From Octopus sinensis (taxonomy: Eukaryota): DNA of 64,000 bases. A program made the position numbers and the translations under genes. The notes under the pieces are model-generated. The model ran no database searches and was not told where the DNA came from. It saw only the letters and a program-made list of their open reading frames with translations. The stretch spans positions 40,176,001-40,240,000 of the forward strand of contig NC_043012.1 of assembly GCF_006345805.1 (NCBI RefSeq). The letters run 5' to 3'. This document shows, in pieces, positions 23,745-34,885 of this stretch (positions within the stretch are counted from its first letter, which is position 1; each line of letters starts with the position of its first letter).

Positions 23745-24998
23745 GTACAATTACTACTTCAAGGACATATATTACATTATAAGTTTTACATTGGGGATGC
23801 AAATCCTCACAGTCGCGTACGACAGAGTGGGGTACCAACACGAAATCGAAGCGTCCATCCCGCTTTTGACTCGATGTAGAATGAGGGAGTTTGGATGTTG
23901 AGTTAGAGAGGGAAGGGGTTGAGGGGTTGAATCTTTATTGAGTTAGGGATCACAAAGGGGGAGTAAAAGAGTAAAAGATTACAAAAGAGTAAAAATTTAA
24001 AAAGTATATAAAAAAGATATAAGAATATAAAAAAAGATATGAGAATATAAAAAAATCTATAAGAATATAAAAAATATATATAAGAATATAAAAAAAGTAT
24101 CTAAGTATATAAATATATAAATAAATATATATACATAAATACACGTGAAAAAAACATGGCAATATAAATAAATAGAGATATAGATAAAGAAGCGATAATT
24201 AAGGACGAAAAAAAATAATAAGGATAAGAGAATAAAAGACTATATAAGGGGATGAAGGAAGAAATGTAAGGGGGTGAAGAACTAACAGGGTGGTCAGAAG
24301 ATAGCGTATTCCGGTTGTTGGGGCCTACCTATGTAATGACGGGTGTCATAAATTAACTGTCTGGAGACCAAGTAGATTGGTCAATCTCGGTTGTCTCGTT
24401 TGTGGCTAAACTGTTTATCTAGTTCATCGTAAATTGTCTTTGTTACTAATGGTCAACGTGTACATACGTACATGCATGCACATACCACATCCACACGTAT
24501 ATATATATACATGCGTACTCTCGTATAAAGATACCGACAGGGATACGCATATACATACGTCCCGCTACGCACGGATACCCAGGCCTGCACAAGCTAAGTA
24601 CATAAAAGTAAATACACTAACCCGCCTCTGCATACTCACTCGTATACATACAAATACATAGTCGCACGTACATACATAAAGCCCGTCCGTCTACACCCTT
24701 ATATACGTATATGCGCACATACATAAGTATCTCCGTATACACATACATACGGAAAAAAGCGCATGTAGTTGGGTACAAGAACTGACGTGGATACGTACGT
24801 ATACACATACACGTACATACGCACATACACACACACTCACACTCGCACACATGGGGGAGTAAATCCCTATGCATATACACAAAAGTATGCATATATGCAT
24901 ATGCACAGACACAGGTATAACAGGTAGATTCATTCCCGCACACACGCAAAACGGACCTACATATTCTAAGTAAAAAAATTAAGAGGCAAAGAAAAAAA

Positions 24999-25149
24999 TT
25001 TTATAAAAAAATATATATATCTATATATACTATATATATACATATCTTATATATATATATATATATATATATAGATATGTATATATATATATATATATAG
25101 ATATGTATATATATATATATATACATATCTATATATATATATACATATC

Positions 25150-25195
<46 letters not shown>

Positions 25196-25762
25196 ATACA
25201 TATCTATATATATATATATACATACATATCTATATATATATATATACATACATATCTATATATATATATACATATACATATATATATATATATATAATAT
25301 ATACTATCTATATATATATATAGATATATATACATATCTTATATATATATATATATTACATATCTATATATATATATAATATACATATCTATATATATAT
25401 ATATATATACATATCTTATATATATATATATATACATATCTATATATATATATATAATATATACATATCTATATATATATATATAATTATACATATCTAA
25501 TATATATATATATATACATATCTATATATATATATATATATATACATATCTTATATATATATATATAATATACATATCTATATCTATACATATCTATATA
25601 TATATATATAATACATATCTATATATATATATATATATACATATCTATATCTATACATATCTATATATATAAATATATCTATATATACATATCTATATAT
25701 ACATATCTATATAATATATATATATATATATCTATATATTATATATATATACATATCTATAT

Positions 25763-25808
<46 letters not shown>

Positions 25809-26098
25809 CTAATATAATATATATATACATATCTATATATATATATATATATACATATCTATACATATATATATATATACATATCTAATATATATATATA
25901 TATACATATCTATATATATACATACATATCTATTCTATACATACATATCTATTCTATACATACATATCTATATATATACATACATATCTATATAATATAT
26001 ATATATATATATTATATATATATATTATATATATATATATTATTATATATCTATATATTATATATTATATATATTATATTATATATATATATCTATAT

Positions 26099-26139
<41 letters not shown>

Positions 26140-26218
26140 TATCTATATATATATATATATATATATCTATATATATATATATATACATACATATCTATAT
26201 ATATCTATATATATATCT
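24999..26218. repeat. About 1.2-kb (TA)n-derived satellite with recurrent ACATATCTATATA units
   Basis: Nearly pure A/T alternation punctuated by CATATCT roughly every 15-30 nt. Confidence 0.95.
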
Positions 26219-26415
26219 ATACCGGAGTAAACACATAAATGCAAAACAAGGTGGAAAAAAGAGTACTCAAATACCAGTGGTAGAGTAATATGCTTTATTT
26301 AAAGCAGCAGAAAATTCAACAAAACCTGTTACTCTGAGTTTCCCGTTGCCGTTGAATGGCAACGGGAAACACAGAGTAACAGGTTTTGTGAATTTTCTGC
26401 TGCTTTAAATAAAGT
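26219..26415. mobile_element. Palindromic element of the 11942-12180 family with a collapsed centre
   Basis: Same leader ACCGGAGTAAACACATAAATG..GGTAGAGTAATATG; about 58-bp arms 26292-26350/26358-26415 with a 7-nt loop; each arm keeps GCAA-CGG-GAAAC-NCAGA-GTA-ACAGG. Confidence 0.75.
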
Positions 26416-26465
26416 ATATATATCTATATATATAAATATATCTATATCTATCTATCTATATATAT

Positions 26466-26858
26466 ACTCTTTACTCGTTTCAATCATTTGACTGTGGCCA
26501 TGCTGGAGCACCGCCTTTAGTCAAGCAAATCGACCCCGGGACTTATTCTTTGTAAGCCCAGTACTTATTCTATCGGTCTCTTTTGCCGAACTGCTAAGTG
26601 ACGGGGACGTAAACACACCAGCATCGGTTGTCAAGCAATGCTAGGGGTACAAACACAGACACACAAACATATACACACACACTTATATATATATACGACA
26701 GGCTTCTTTCAGTTTCTGTCTATCAAATCCACTCACAAGGCATTGGTCAGCCTGGGGCTATAGCAGAAGACACTTGCCCAAGATGCCACGCAGTGGGACT
26801 GAACTCAGAACCATGTGGTTGGTTAGCAAGCTACTTACCACACAGCCACTCCTGCGCC
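26466..26858 (-). mobile_element. Full-length SINE family B, young
   Basis: tRNA-like head through GAGTAAAAGAG tail; CpGs retained; nearly identical to 28207-28597 and 30530-30975. Confidence 0.92.
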
Positions 26859-27017
26859 TATATATATATATAAATATATCTATATATATATCTATATCTC
26901 TCTCTCCCTCTATATATATTAATATGTAACAAAGTGGAGTTGTAAGGTACCGCACGAGTGGAATTATATACGAAAGAAGGTTTGAAAATGCAATTTTTAA
27001 AGATGTTTCTTTACTTT

Positions 27018-27198
27018 ACTCTTCCAGGACAAGCCTCATCTTCTAGGCTGTAGTTTCCCCGCTCAGAATTTCTGGAACCACTGCTGACACTGGCTAACAC
27101 TCATCGTCTGATCCCCATATATTGCATTAATAGCACACTGCTGTATTGTTGCTTTTATTGAACTCATAAAGCAAAATATGCTCCTTTGTCACTTCCAT
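27018..27198 (-). mobile_element. mariner transposase N-terminal remnant
   Basis: MEVTKEHILLYEFNKSNNTA../INAIYGDQTMSVSQCQQWFQKF*AGNYSLEDEACPGR. Confidence 0.75.
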
Positions 27199-28206
27199 TA
27201 TAGCTTTTGAAAATATAACTGACTGTTCTGATAGGGCAGCAGTCAACCGGACAAAGGATCGATATTTTATTTTCTGTTGATTGGTACCACACATCATTCA
27301 TGGGCAGGAATTCATCTGAAATTGGTTTAATTCCCAAATCTGTTAATGATATTGTGAATTTTTTGCATGTCATCTCTACTCCTAAACAATTCAATGTTTT
27401 ATCAGAATACATAAAAAAAAAAATACACACACACACACAAACACACACAAGGATGTGTACATTCTTATAAACAGTTCTATAATGTTGTTTCGGTTTATAT
27501 ATTTGTATATAAATGTATGTATGTATGTATATATATATATATATATATATATAGTCTTGACTCACTGATGTTCTTGAGGACAATGAAAGAATTCCCCAAA
27601 GTAGCAGCAACTGTAATATTTTAAAATGGTAACAACAGCCACCAAAGCTGTAATGATAGTCTACTATTTATAAATTCTTTTCCTAAATTATTTTTTTTTG
27701 TTTCTCTATATTTTTTTTCATTCAAACTGTAGTTTTTGTTTTTCCCATTTCTAAATTTTTCTATTTTCTTCATTTCCAATAACTTTTTGTAGATATTCAT
27801 TACCAATTTCTAAAATATATATATATTTTTTTTTTTACCATTCTTCTCTGTTGTCATTGTAGCATTTATACCAGTCATATATCAGGCCCCAAAATATATT
27901 ACCTGTTTTATGTTCCAGCCAGTCAGATTTGACCTCAAACATCTGCTATACAATATCACACTAAATATATACAATCACATCAGACAATGTTAATAATACC
28001 AGTTCAAATATACTGAAATCCCATCAAGCCTTGTAAACAGGCCATTCACCATGTTTTGCCATGGAGAAAATTTCTCACCCGTAATACAATCAGATCAGAT
28101 CAAAATTTCAAAGCTACAAGATAAAGCAGGATTAATTGGAAACAATGTGGATAAATAAGCATTATATTCAACAGATTAATCTGAATAGGAAAGGGTTTTT
28201 TTATTT

Positions 28207-28597
28207 ATTTACTTGTGTCAGTCATTTGACTGCGGCCATGCTGGAGCACCGCCTTTAGTCGAGCAAATCGACCCCGGGACTTATTCTTTGTAAGCCCAGT
28301 ACTTATTCTATCGGTCTCTTTTGCAGAACCGCTAAGTGACGGGGACGTAAATACACCAGCATCGGTTGTCAAGCAATTCTAGGGGGACAAACACAGACAC
28401 ACAAACATATACACACACACATACATATATATATACATATATACGACAGGCTTCTTTCAGTTTCCGTCTACCAAATCCACTCACAAGGCTTTGGTCGGCC
28501 TGGGGCTATAACAGATGACACTTGCCCAAGATGCCACGCAGTGGGACTGAACCCGGAACCATGTGGTTGGTTAGCAAGCTACTTACCACACAGCCAC
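28207..28597 (-). mobile_element. Full-length SINE family B, young
   Basis: Complete head-to-tail match to other family B copies. Confidence 0.92.
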
Positions 28598-28688
28598 CCA
28601 GATTATTTCATTTTTTTTTTTGTTCCCCTGGATTTTGTTTTTCTAACCAATTCTCACTTTTTTTCTCATTTTCTTTCTCTCTTTGCAG

Positions 28689-28825
28689 TCGACAAACCTA
28701 ACAGTTCAAATACTGCAGCTACGAAGCCACAGCCTTCCACATCTAGATTGTTAATGCTTTTCCTAGTAACTATGGCAACAACGACAGCATCATCAGGTGC
28801 CACTGCACGATGGTCGAGTGTCTAG
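28689..28825 (+). CDS. Candidate terminal coding exon of a host gene (S/T-rich spacer plus hydrophobic stretch, GPI-signal-like)
   Basis: Long polypyrimidine tract TTTTTTCTCATTTTCTTTCTCTCTTTGCAG; phase 1 reads xDKPNSSNTAATKPQPSTSRLLMLFLVTMATTTASSGATARWSSV*; followed by AT-rich non-repeat sequence with AATAAA near 28915. Confidence 0.45.
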
Positions 28826-29819
28826 CACGAACCTGGCATTGGCAACACCACAACTGCCGTTATTCCACAGATAAACCAATATTAACAAGCAACAAATTAT
28901 TACCAAAATAGAAATAAATAAATAAATTTTGCCCGGCCCCCTTTTCTTAAATAAAAATACAGAAAACTAACCAAAAATAATTAAAAAATACTAATAAAGA
29001 GGAGAAAAAAAGAAGAATTTTTAATAAATTCTTTTTTCTTTCTCCCCTGAAATTTCTTTGTATGCATTTTATATAAAAATATCGAAAAAGTAATAAATAT
29101 ATATATCAATAAAAATATAAAATGAGATTGGAAAAAAAAACACAAAACTAACATTTTTATGCATCTATATTCAAGATTAACAGTTTTTTCTGTAATTTAC
29201 CTAACCAATCAAATAAATGGAAAAAAGAAGAAATATTCGGATTTTTCTAACAAAGTTTAACAATTTGTGTGTCTGTCTTTTTCTTTTTCTTTTTTAATTA
29301 ATAAGTTTTTTTCTTCCTTGAGCAGGAGTTTGAATATTTTCCTGTTTAAACTAGAATTTGGATTTTTGTTGATATAAGCATATCTATACACATGAAGATA
29401 CATATAAATGTGTGTGTATACAAATCAATAACTGTTTGGCAGCCATGCAGGGGCACCGCCTTGGAGGGTTTTAGTCAAACTATTCTGTTACTACTTATTC
29501 TGTCAGTCACTTTAGCCAAACTGCTAAGTTATGGGTGGAGTAAGCACAACAAACCCACTTGTCAAGGGGTGGTGAGGGACAAAAACACACAGATGGCATC
29601 CAGCCATAGAAACCATGCCAAAATAGAGATGAGCCTCTAAGAAATTATCCAACCCATTCCAGCATAGAAACTGGCCATTAAAAGATGACAATGATATATA
29701 TATATAAATATATAGTCAATAAAAAGGGTAGAATTAATTAATTATTAATTAATTCGACCGAGCAGTGTTCGGTATGTAAAAAGACCATTTACGGTATATT
29801 TGAAATATTAATTTATAAA

Positions 29820-29961
29820 AATTTATAAAAATAGGGTAAAGTAAAATAATTTACTTTACCACACACCGAGCTTTTTAGAAATAGCAGCCAAAAATTTGAT
29901 TTCTAAAAAGCTCGGTGTGTGGTAAAGTAAATTATTTTACTTTACCCTATTTTTATAAATT
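29820..29961. repeat. Perfect 63-bp inverted repeat with a 16-nt spacer
   Basis: 29820-29882 is the exact reverse complement of 29899-29961. Confidence 0.95.
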
Positions 29962-29981
29962 AATATATAAATACATATATA

Positions 29982-30370
29982 GGCACAGGCATAGCTGTGT
30001 GGTAAGAAGCTTGCTTCCCAACGACATGGTTCTGGGTTCAGTCCCACTATGTGGCATCTTTGGCAAGTGTCTTCTACTATAGCATCAGGCTGACCAAAGC
30101 CTTGTGAATGGATTTGGAAGACGGAAACTGAAAGAAGCCTGTCATGCATGTATATATATTTGTGTGTGTCTTTGTATCTGTATTTGTCCTCCCACCATCA
30201 CTTGACAACCAATGTTGGTGTGTTTATGTCCCTGAAACTTAGCAGCTCAGTAAACAAGAATGATAGAATTAGTACTAGGCTTACATATAATAAGTCATGG
30301 GGTCGATTTCTTCTACTAAAGGTAGTGCTCCAGCACGGCCGCAATCTAATGACTGAAATGTGTAAAAGAG
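29982..30370 (+). mobile_element. Full-length SINE family B
   Basis: Head GGCACAGGCATAGCTGTGTGGTAAG..GGGTTCAGTCCC (A and B boxes), internal (TA/TG)n, tail GTGCTCCAGCACGGCCGC..GTAAAAGAG. Confidence 0.9.
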
Positions 30371-30529
30371 GTGTGTGTGTGTGTATCTATATATATATAT
30401 AGACACACACACACACACAGGACTCAGTTTCTATCTGCAAAATCCACTCACAAGGCTTTGGACAGACTGAACCCAGAATCATGCGGTTGGGAAGCAAGCT
30501 TCTTAACCACACAGCCATGCTTACACCTA

Positions 30530-30758
30530 TACTCTTTACTCTTTTACTTGTTTCAGTCATTTGACTGCAGCCATGCTGGAGCACCACCTTTAGTCGATCA
30601 AATCGACCCTGGGACTTATTCTTTGTAAGCCCAGTACTTATTCTATCAGTCTCTTTTGCCGAACCGCTAAGTGACGGGGGACGTAAACACACCAGCATCG
30701 GTTGTCAAGCAATGCTAGGGGGACAAACACAGACACACAAACATACACACACACACAT

Positions 30759-30808
<50 letters not shown>

Positions 30809-30975
30809 TATATGACAGGCTTCTTTCAGTTTCCGTCTACCAAATCCACTCACAAGGCATTGATCGGCTCGGGACTATAGCAGAAGACACTTGCCCAAGA
30901 TGCCACGCAGTGGGACTGAACCCGGAACCATGTGGCTGGTTAGTAAGCTACTTACCACACAGGCACTCCTGCGCC
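30530..30975 (-). mobile_element. Full-length SINE family B
   Basis: Complete copy, tail-to-tail with 29982-30370. Confidence 0.92.
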
Positions 30976-31724
30976 TATATATAATATAAACAAATATGTA
31001 TGCATATAAATATGTGTGTGTGTATATATGTATATATAAACAAATATGTATATATATAAAAACAAATGTATGTATATATATATAAAATGTGTGTGTGTAT
31101 ATATATATATATATATAAACAAATATATGTGTGTGTGTATAATGTATATATATATAAACAAATGTGTGTGTGTGTATAATGTATATATATATATAAACAA
31201 ATATGTGTGCGTGTGTGTATATATAAATGAATAACTGATAACATAATTGGAAAAAATGATTAAATAATTAATCATACAAATGATAAATAATAAACAGCAA
31301 ATAAACAAATAATGCAAAAATATTAAAAAAATAGATATAAACAACATGACTGCACACATAAAAATAAAATAAAATAAATTTTCACAAAGAATTAAAATAA
31401 AGACGTAAATGAAATAATTAAATGTAGACAAGACAAACAGATATATAAAAAAGATAAACAAAATTTATGTAAATAAATATAAAAAAAACAAATACAAAAT
31501 AAATTTAAACTGGAAGATGAATAACACAAAACTAATAAAAAAAAAGGAACATAAAAATACCAATAAACATACAAAAACTGAACAAATAAATAAAAATAAA
31601 ATAAAATCAATTAGTAAAAACTACAAATTAAATTTTTTAAAAAGATAAATAACAAAAATAAGATATTTGAAGAATGAAGAATTTAAAATGTTTTTAAAAT
31701 ACATGAAACGACATACCAAAGTTT

Positions 31725-32620
31725 TAAACTGTGGCCATGCTAGAGCACCACCTGAAAGGATTTTAGTCAAAGAAATCAACCCCAGGACTTATTCTTTGTA
31801 AGCCTAGTACTTATTCTATCGGTCTCTTTTGCTGAACCCCTAAGTTATGGAGACATGAACACACCAGCATTGGCAGGAGTAGAAACACACACACATATAT
31901 ATACCATCATCATCATCCAGTGTTTTAAATCTGGGTTTTGTCCCCGTTAATGGGGGGGGGGGGGGCAGATCTACCTCAATACCATAGCAACCGAGGCAGG
32001 CAGGTGCAGCCCACCCCAACCTTTGGGCTGGCTGGTGCCTATTCTCCCTTATATGCAACAGGCTTCTTTCAGTTTCCGTCTACCAAATCCACTCACAAGG
32101 CTTTGGTCAGCCCAAGGCTATAGTAGAAGACTCTTACTCAAGATGCAATGCAGTGGGACTGAACTCGGAACCATGTGGTTGGTAAGCAAGCTACTTACCA
32201 CACAGCCACACCTGTGCCTTACAGAGTATATATATAAATATAATTGATCTTTTAAGTTTTACTTGTTTCAGCCATTAAACTGTGGTCATGCTGGGGCACT
32301 GCCTTGAAGAAGCCTCAGCCAAATGAATTGACCCCAGGACCTATTTTTTAAAGCCTAGTGCTTACTATATTGGTCTCTAAAGAGCTAAGTTACAGGAGCA
32401 TAAACACACCAACACTGGCTGTCAAGCAGTAGTGGGGGACAAATCCCCCCCCCCAACATATATATATACACACACTATGGGCTTCTTTCAGTTTTCATCT
32501 ACCAAATCGATTCATAAGGCTTAGGTCAGCCCAGGGCTATAGTAGAAGACACCTGCCCAAGGTGCCACACAGTGGGACTGAACCCAGAACCATGCAGTTC
32601 AGGAGCATGCTTCTTATCAC
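31725..32620 (-). mobile_element. Cluster of SINE family B pieces (one split copy plus one diverged full copy)
   Basis: 3' half 31725-31880, 5' half 32060-32220, full copy 32260-32620. Confidence 0.8.
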
Positions 32621-32884
32621 AGTCACACTAATAAACAAAAATAAAATGAAAAGAATAAAATAAACAAATCATAAAATAAGAAAATTAATAAAATAATATA
32701 CGAAATTAATTGAAAAAAAATTTTGAGGAAAAAATAAAAACAAATAAAATTGAATGAAACAAAACATTAAAAAAAAACGTATAAAGAACATAAATACAAT
32801 GAAAAGAATGCAAAATACTGCATGTTGTGGTTTTTCTAGGAAAAATATGCAAACTTCCAATTTTTAAATTTCCATTTTTCTTAC

Positions 32885-32967
32885 CATTTTCTTCCAGCAT
32901 TTTATACAACTGAAACTGGTTCCTATTTTCTTTCTGTTTTCCTTCATAAAGTTCTCTAAGCATTTTC
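32885..32967 (-). CDS. Candidate 83-nt internal exon (RKMLRELYEGKQKENRNQFQLYKMLEEN)
   Basis: (TG)n-TAG acceptor and G|GTAAGA donor; open protein-like frame; no family recognised. Confidence 0.35.
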
Positions 32968-33274
32968 CTACACACACACCACACACACACACACACATTA
33001 TGCCCAAATAACTCGCTTGACTTTTATACTGGTAAAAAGAGAGAAAACATTCCTCTCTGGTTCATTCACTAATGTTAGATCGTCTGAAGAAATAAACCAA
33101 TGATGATGATCAACCGGATGTCCATCTACGGACTACACTGTAATCAGCCCAGCAATACGGACTGTGATCTTAAGAGACATGGGATTTGTGGAAACGCACA
33201 TAGCAATGCATTAAATTAGAAAATTACTATTTGTAAATCGTTCAACGAAAGATATTCAGCAACAGTACTTTATA

Positions 33275-33623
33275 GTAAAGATTGTTTGCCAACATAACAT
33301 GGCAGTCCTGGTTTAGGACTAATGTTGCTGTAATTTAGCCCCAGGAGGCATCGTCTCCAGCTGGCTATACGACACGGTCTGTGTCCTTATATTTTCGAAC
33401 AAGGAAATCTAGCATCCCCACTCAGCTCAAAACAATATCTGTGTATCGCAATTTCTGGGTTATTGTTTTGAGCTGAGTGGGGGTGCTAGATTCCCTTGTT
33501 TGAAAATATAAGGACACAGATTGTGTCGTAAAGCCAGCTGGACACGATGTTTCCTGGGGTTAAATTACAGCAACATTAGTCCTAAACCAGGACTGACATG
33601 TTATGTTGGCAAACAATCTTTAC
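33275..33623. mobile_element. Fold-back MITE, complete copy, TA-flanked
   Basis: TA|GTAAAGATTG...CAATCTTTAC|TA; about 160-bp arms around a short unique centre. Confidence 0.88.
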
Positions 33624-33647
33624 TACGATCCATTATATGCTTATAAA

Positions 33648-34110
33648 TTCCATGGTATCAGAAAGTTTCCAGACTAGTTCTGTAGTGCACCAACAGATGG
33701 CAGCACAGTGAGAGCTAGCAGTGACCTTCATGGGGCAGTGTGCTGAGTGACATTGCTGGGTTTACTTCACAAGTTGTGAAATTTGTACCTTTGTGATCAT
33801 GTCTATACTGTAGAACAAAGGGCCAATGCAGAATTTTGCCTTAAACTTGGGAAGTTTGCTACAGAGACACTGAGCATGCTTTGGCAAGCTTACGGCGAGG
33901 AGGCCATGGGTTGTATGCAATGTTTCAAGTGGCACAGGTGCCTCAAAAGCAGAAAAATGTCCCTGGAAGACCTGCCATGAGTGTCACCCCTGGAAATGGG
34001 GTACTGTGCATCGAGAATTCATCTCCCAGGGCCATACCATCAGTCAAGAGTTCTACTGTGATGCTTTGATACATTTTGAGGGAGGATTATAACATGAAAC
34101 AAAAACCACT
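33648..34110 (+). mobile_element. Internally deleted mariner remnant
   Basis: EQRANAEFCLKLGKFATETLSMLWQAYGEEAM..CFKWHRCLKS..SLED joined to GVLHREFISQGHTISQEFYCDAL. Confidence 0.8.
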
Positions 34111-34184
34111 AATGGTGGTGCCCCAGTATGGCCACAGCCTTTGACAAACCAGTTAAGAAAGAGTATATATATTTATATATACTT

Positions 34185-34443
34185 TATGCTGAGAAGACCC
34201 ATCAAGCCAAGTGAAATCGTAATCATTGCAGATACCAACGTGATGCAAATGGCACCCATGCCAGTGGCATGCAAAAGCACCCATTACACTCTTGGAGTGG
34301 CTGGCGTTAGGAAGGGCATCCAGTGGTGGAAAACCATGCCAAATCAGACTGGAGTCTGGTGCAGCCTTCCAGCTTACCAGCCCTGGTCAAACCATCCAAC
34401 CCATGCCAGCATGGACAACAGACATTAAACTATGATGATGATA
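34185..34443 (+). mobile_element. RTE 3' fragment, same subfamily as 6381-6650
   Basis: GCTGAGAAGACCCATCAAGCC start, standard terminus, (GAT)n tail. Confidence 0.8.
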
Positions 34444-34469
34444 TATATACGTATATCATCATCACTTAA

Positions 34470-34684
34470 CCCTTTCGTTACTGTATTTGAGATGCTCTGT
34501 GTTTCTTTCAATTATTTTAAATATGACAAAGAATTTAGTAGAATAATTTAGTTATCATTAAGCTAGTGTTAGGAACATAAATTGTGACTAAAGTTTGGTG
34601 GAAGATTTTAATTCAAAACTTATAAAAACAAGACGTTTTACCACAGAGCCAGAGCTGGTTTTGGCCAGGTTAGTAACAAAAGGG
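34470..34684. mobile_element. piggyBac-type MITE
   Basis: TTAA|CCCTTTCGTTAC...GTAACAAAAGGG|TTAA: TIRs plus TTAA TSD. Confidence 0.9.
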
Positions 34685-34820
34685 TTAATTGAGATATATG
34701 TGTGTGTGTGTGTGTGGGTGTGTGTGTGTGCGTGAATGTGTATAAAGATATGGATTTGAGGATTTGAATATATAATTATATGCATATATGTGTGCGTACA
34801 ATATATTTAGAGAGGTATAT

Positions 34821-34877
<57 letters not shown>

Positions 34878-34885
34878 TATATATA

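Noticed and set aside
27560-27650. - strand segment reading AATLGNSFIVLKNI (GPCR TM1-like GN motif) ending at a GTGAGT donor
   Set aside because: Weak acceptor, alternative frames are equally plausible and no other GPCR segments were found.
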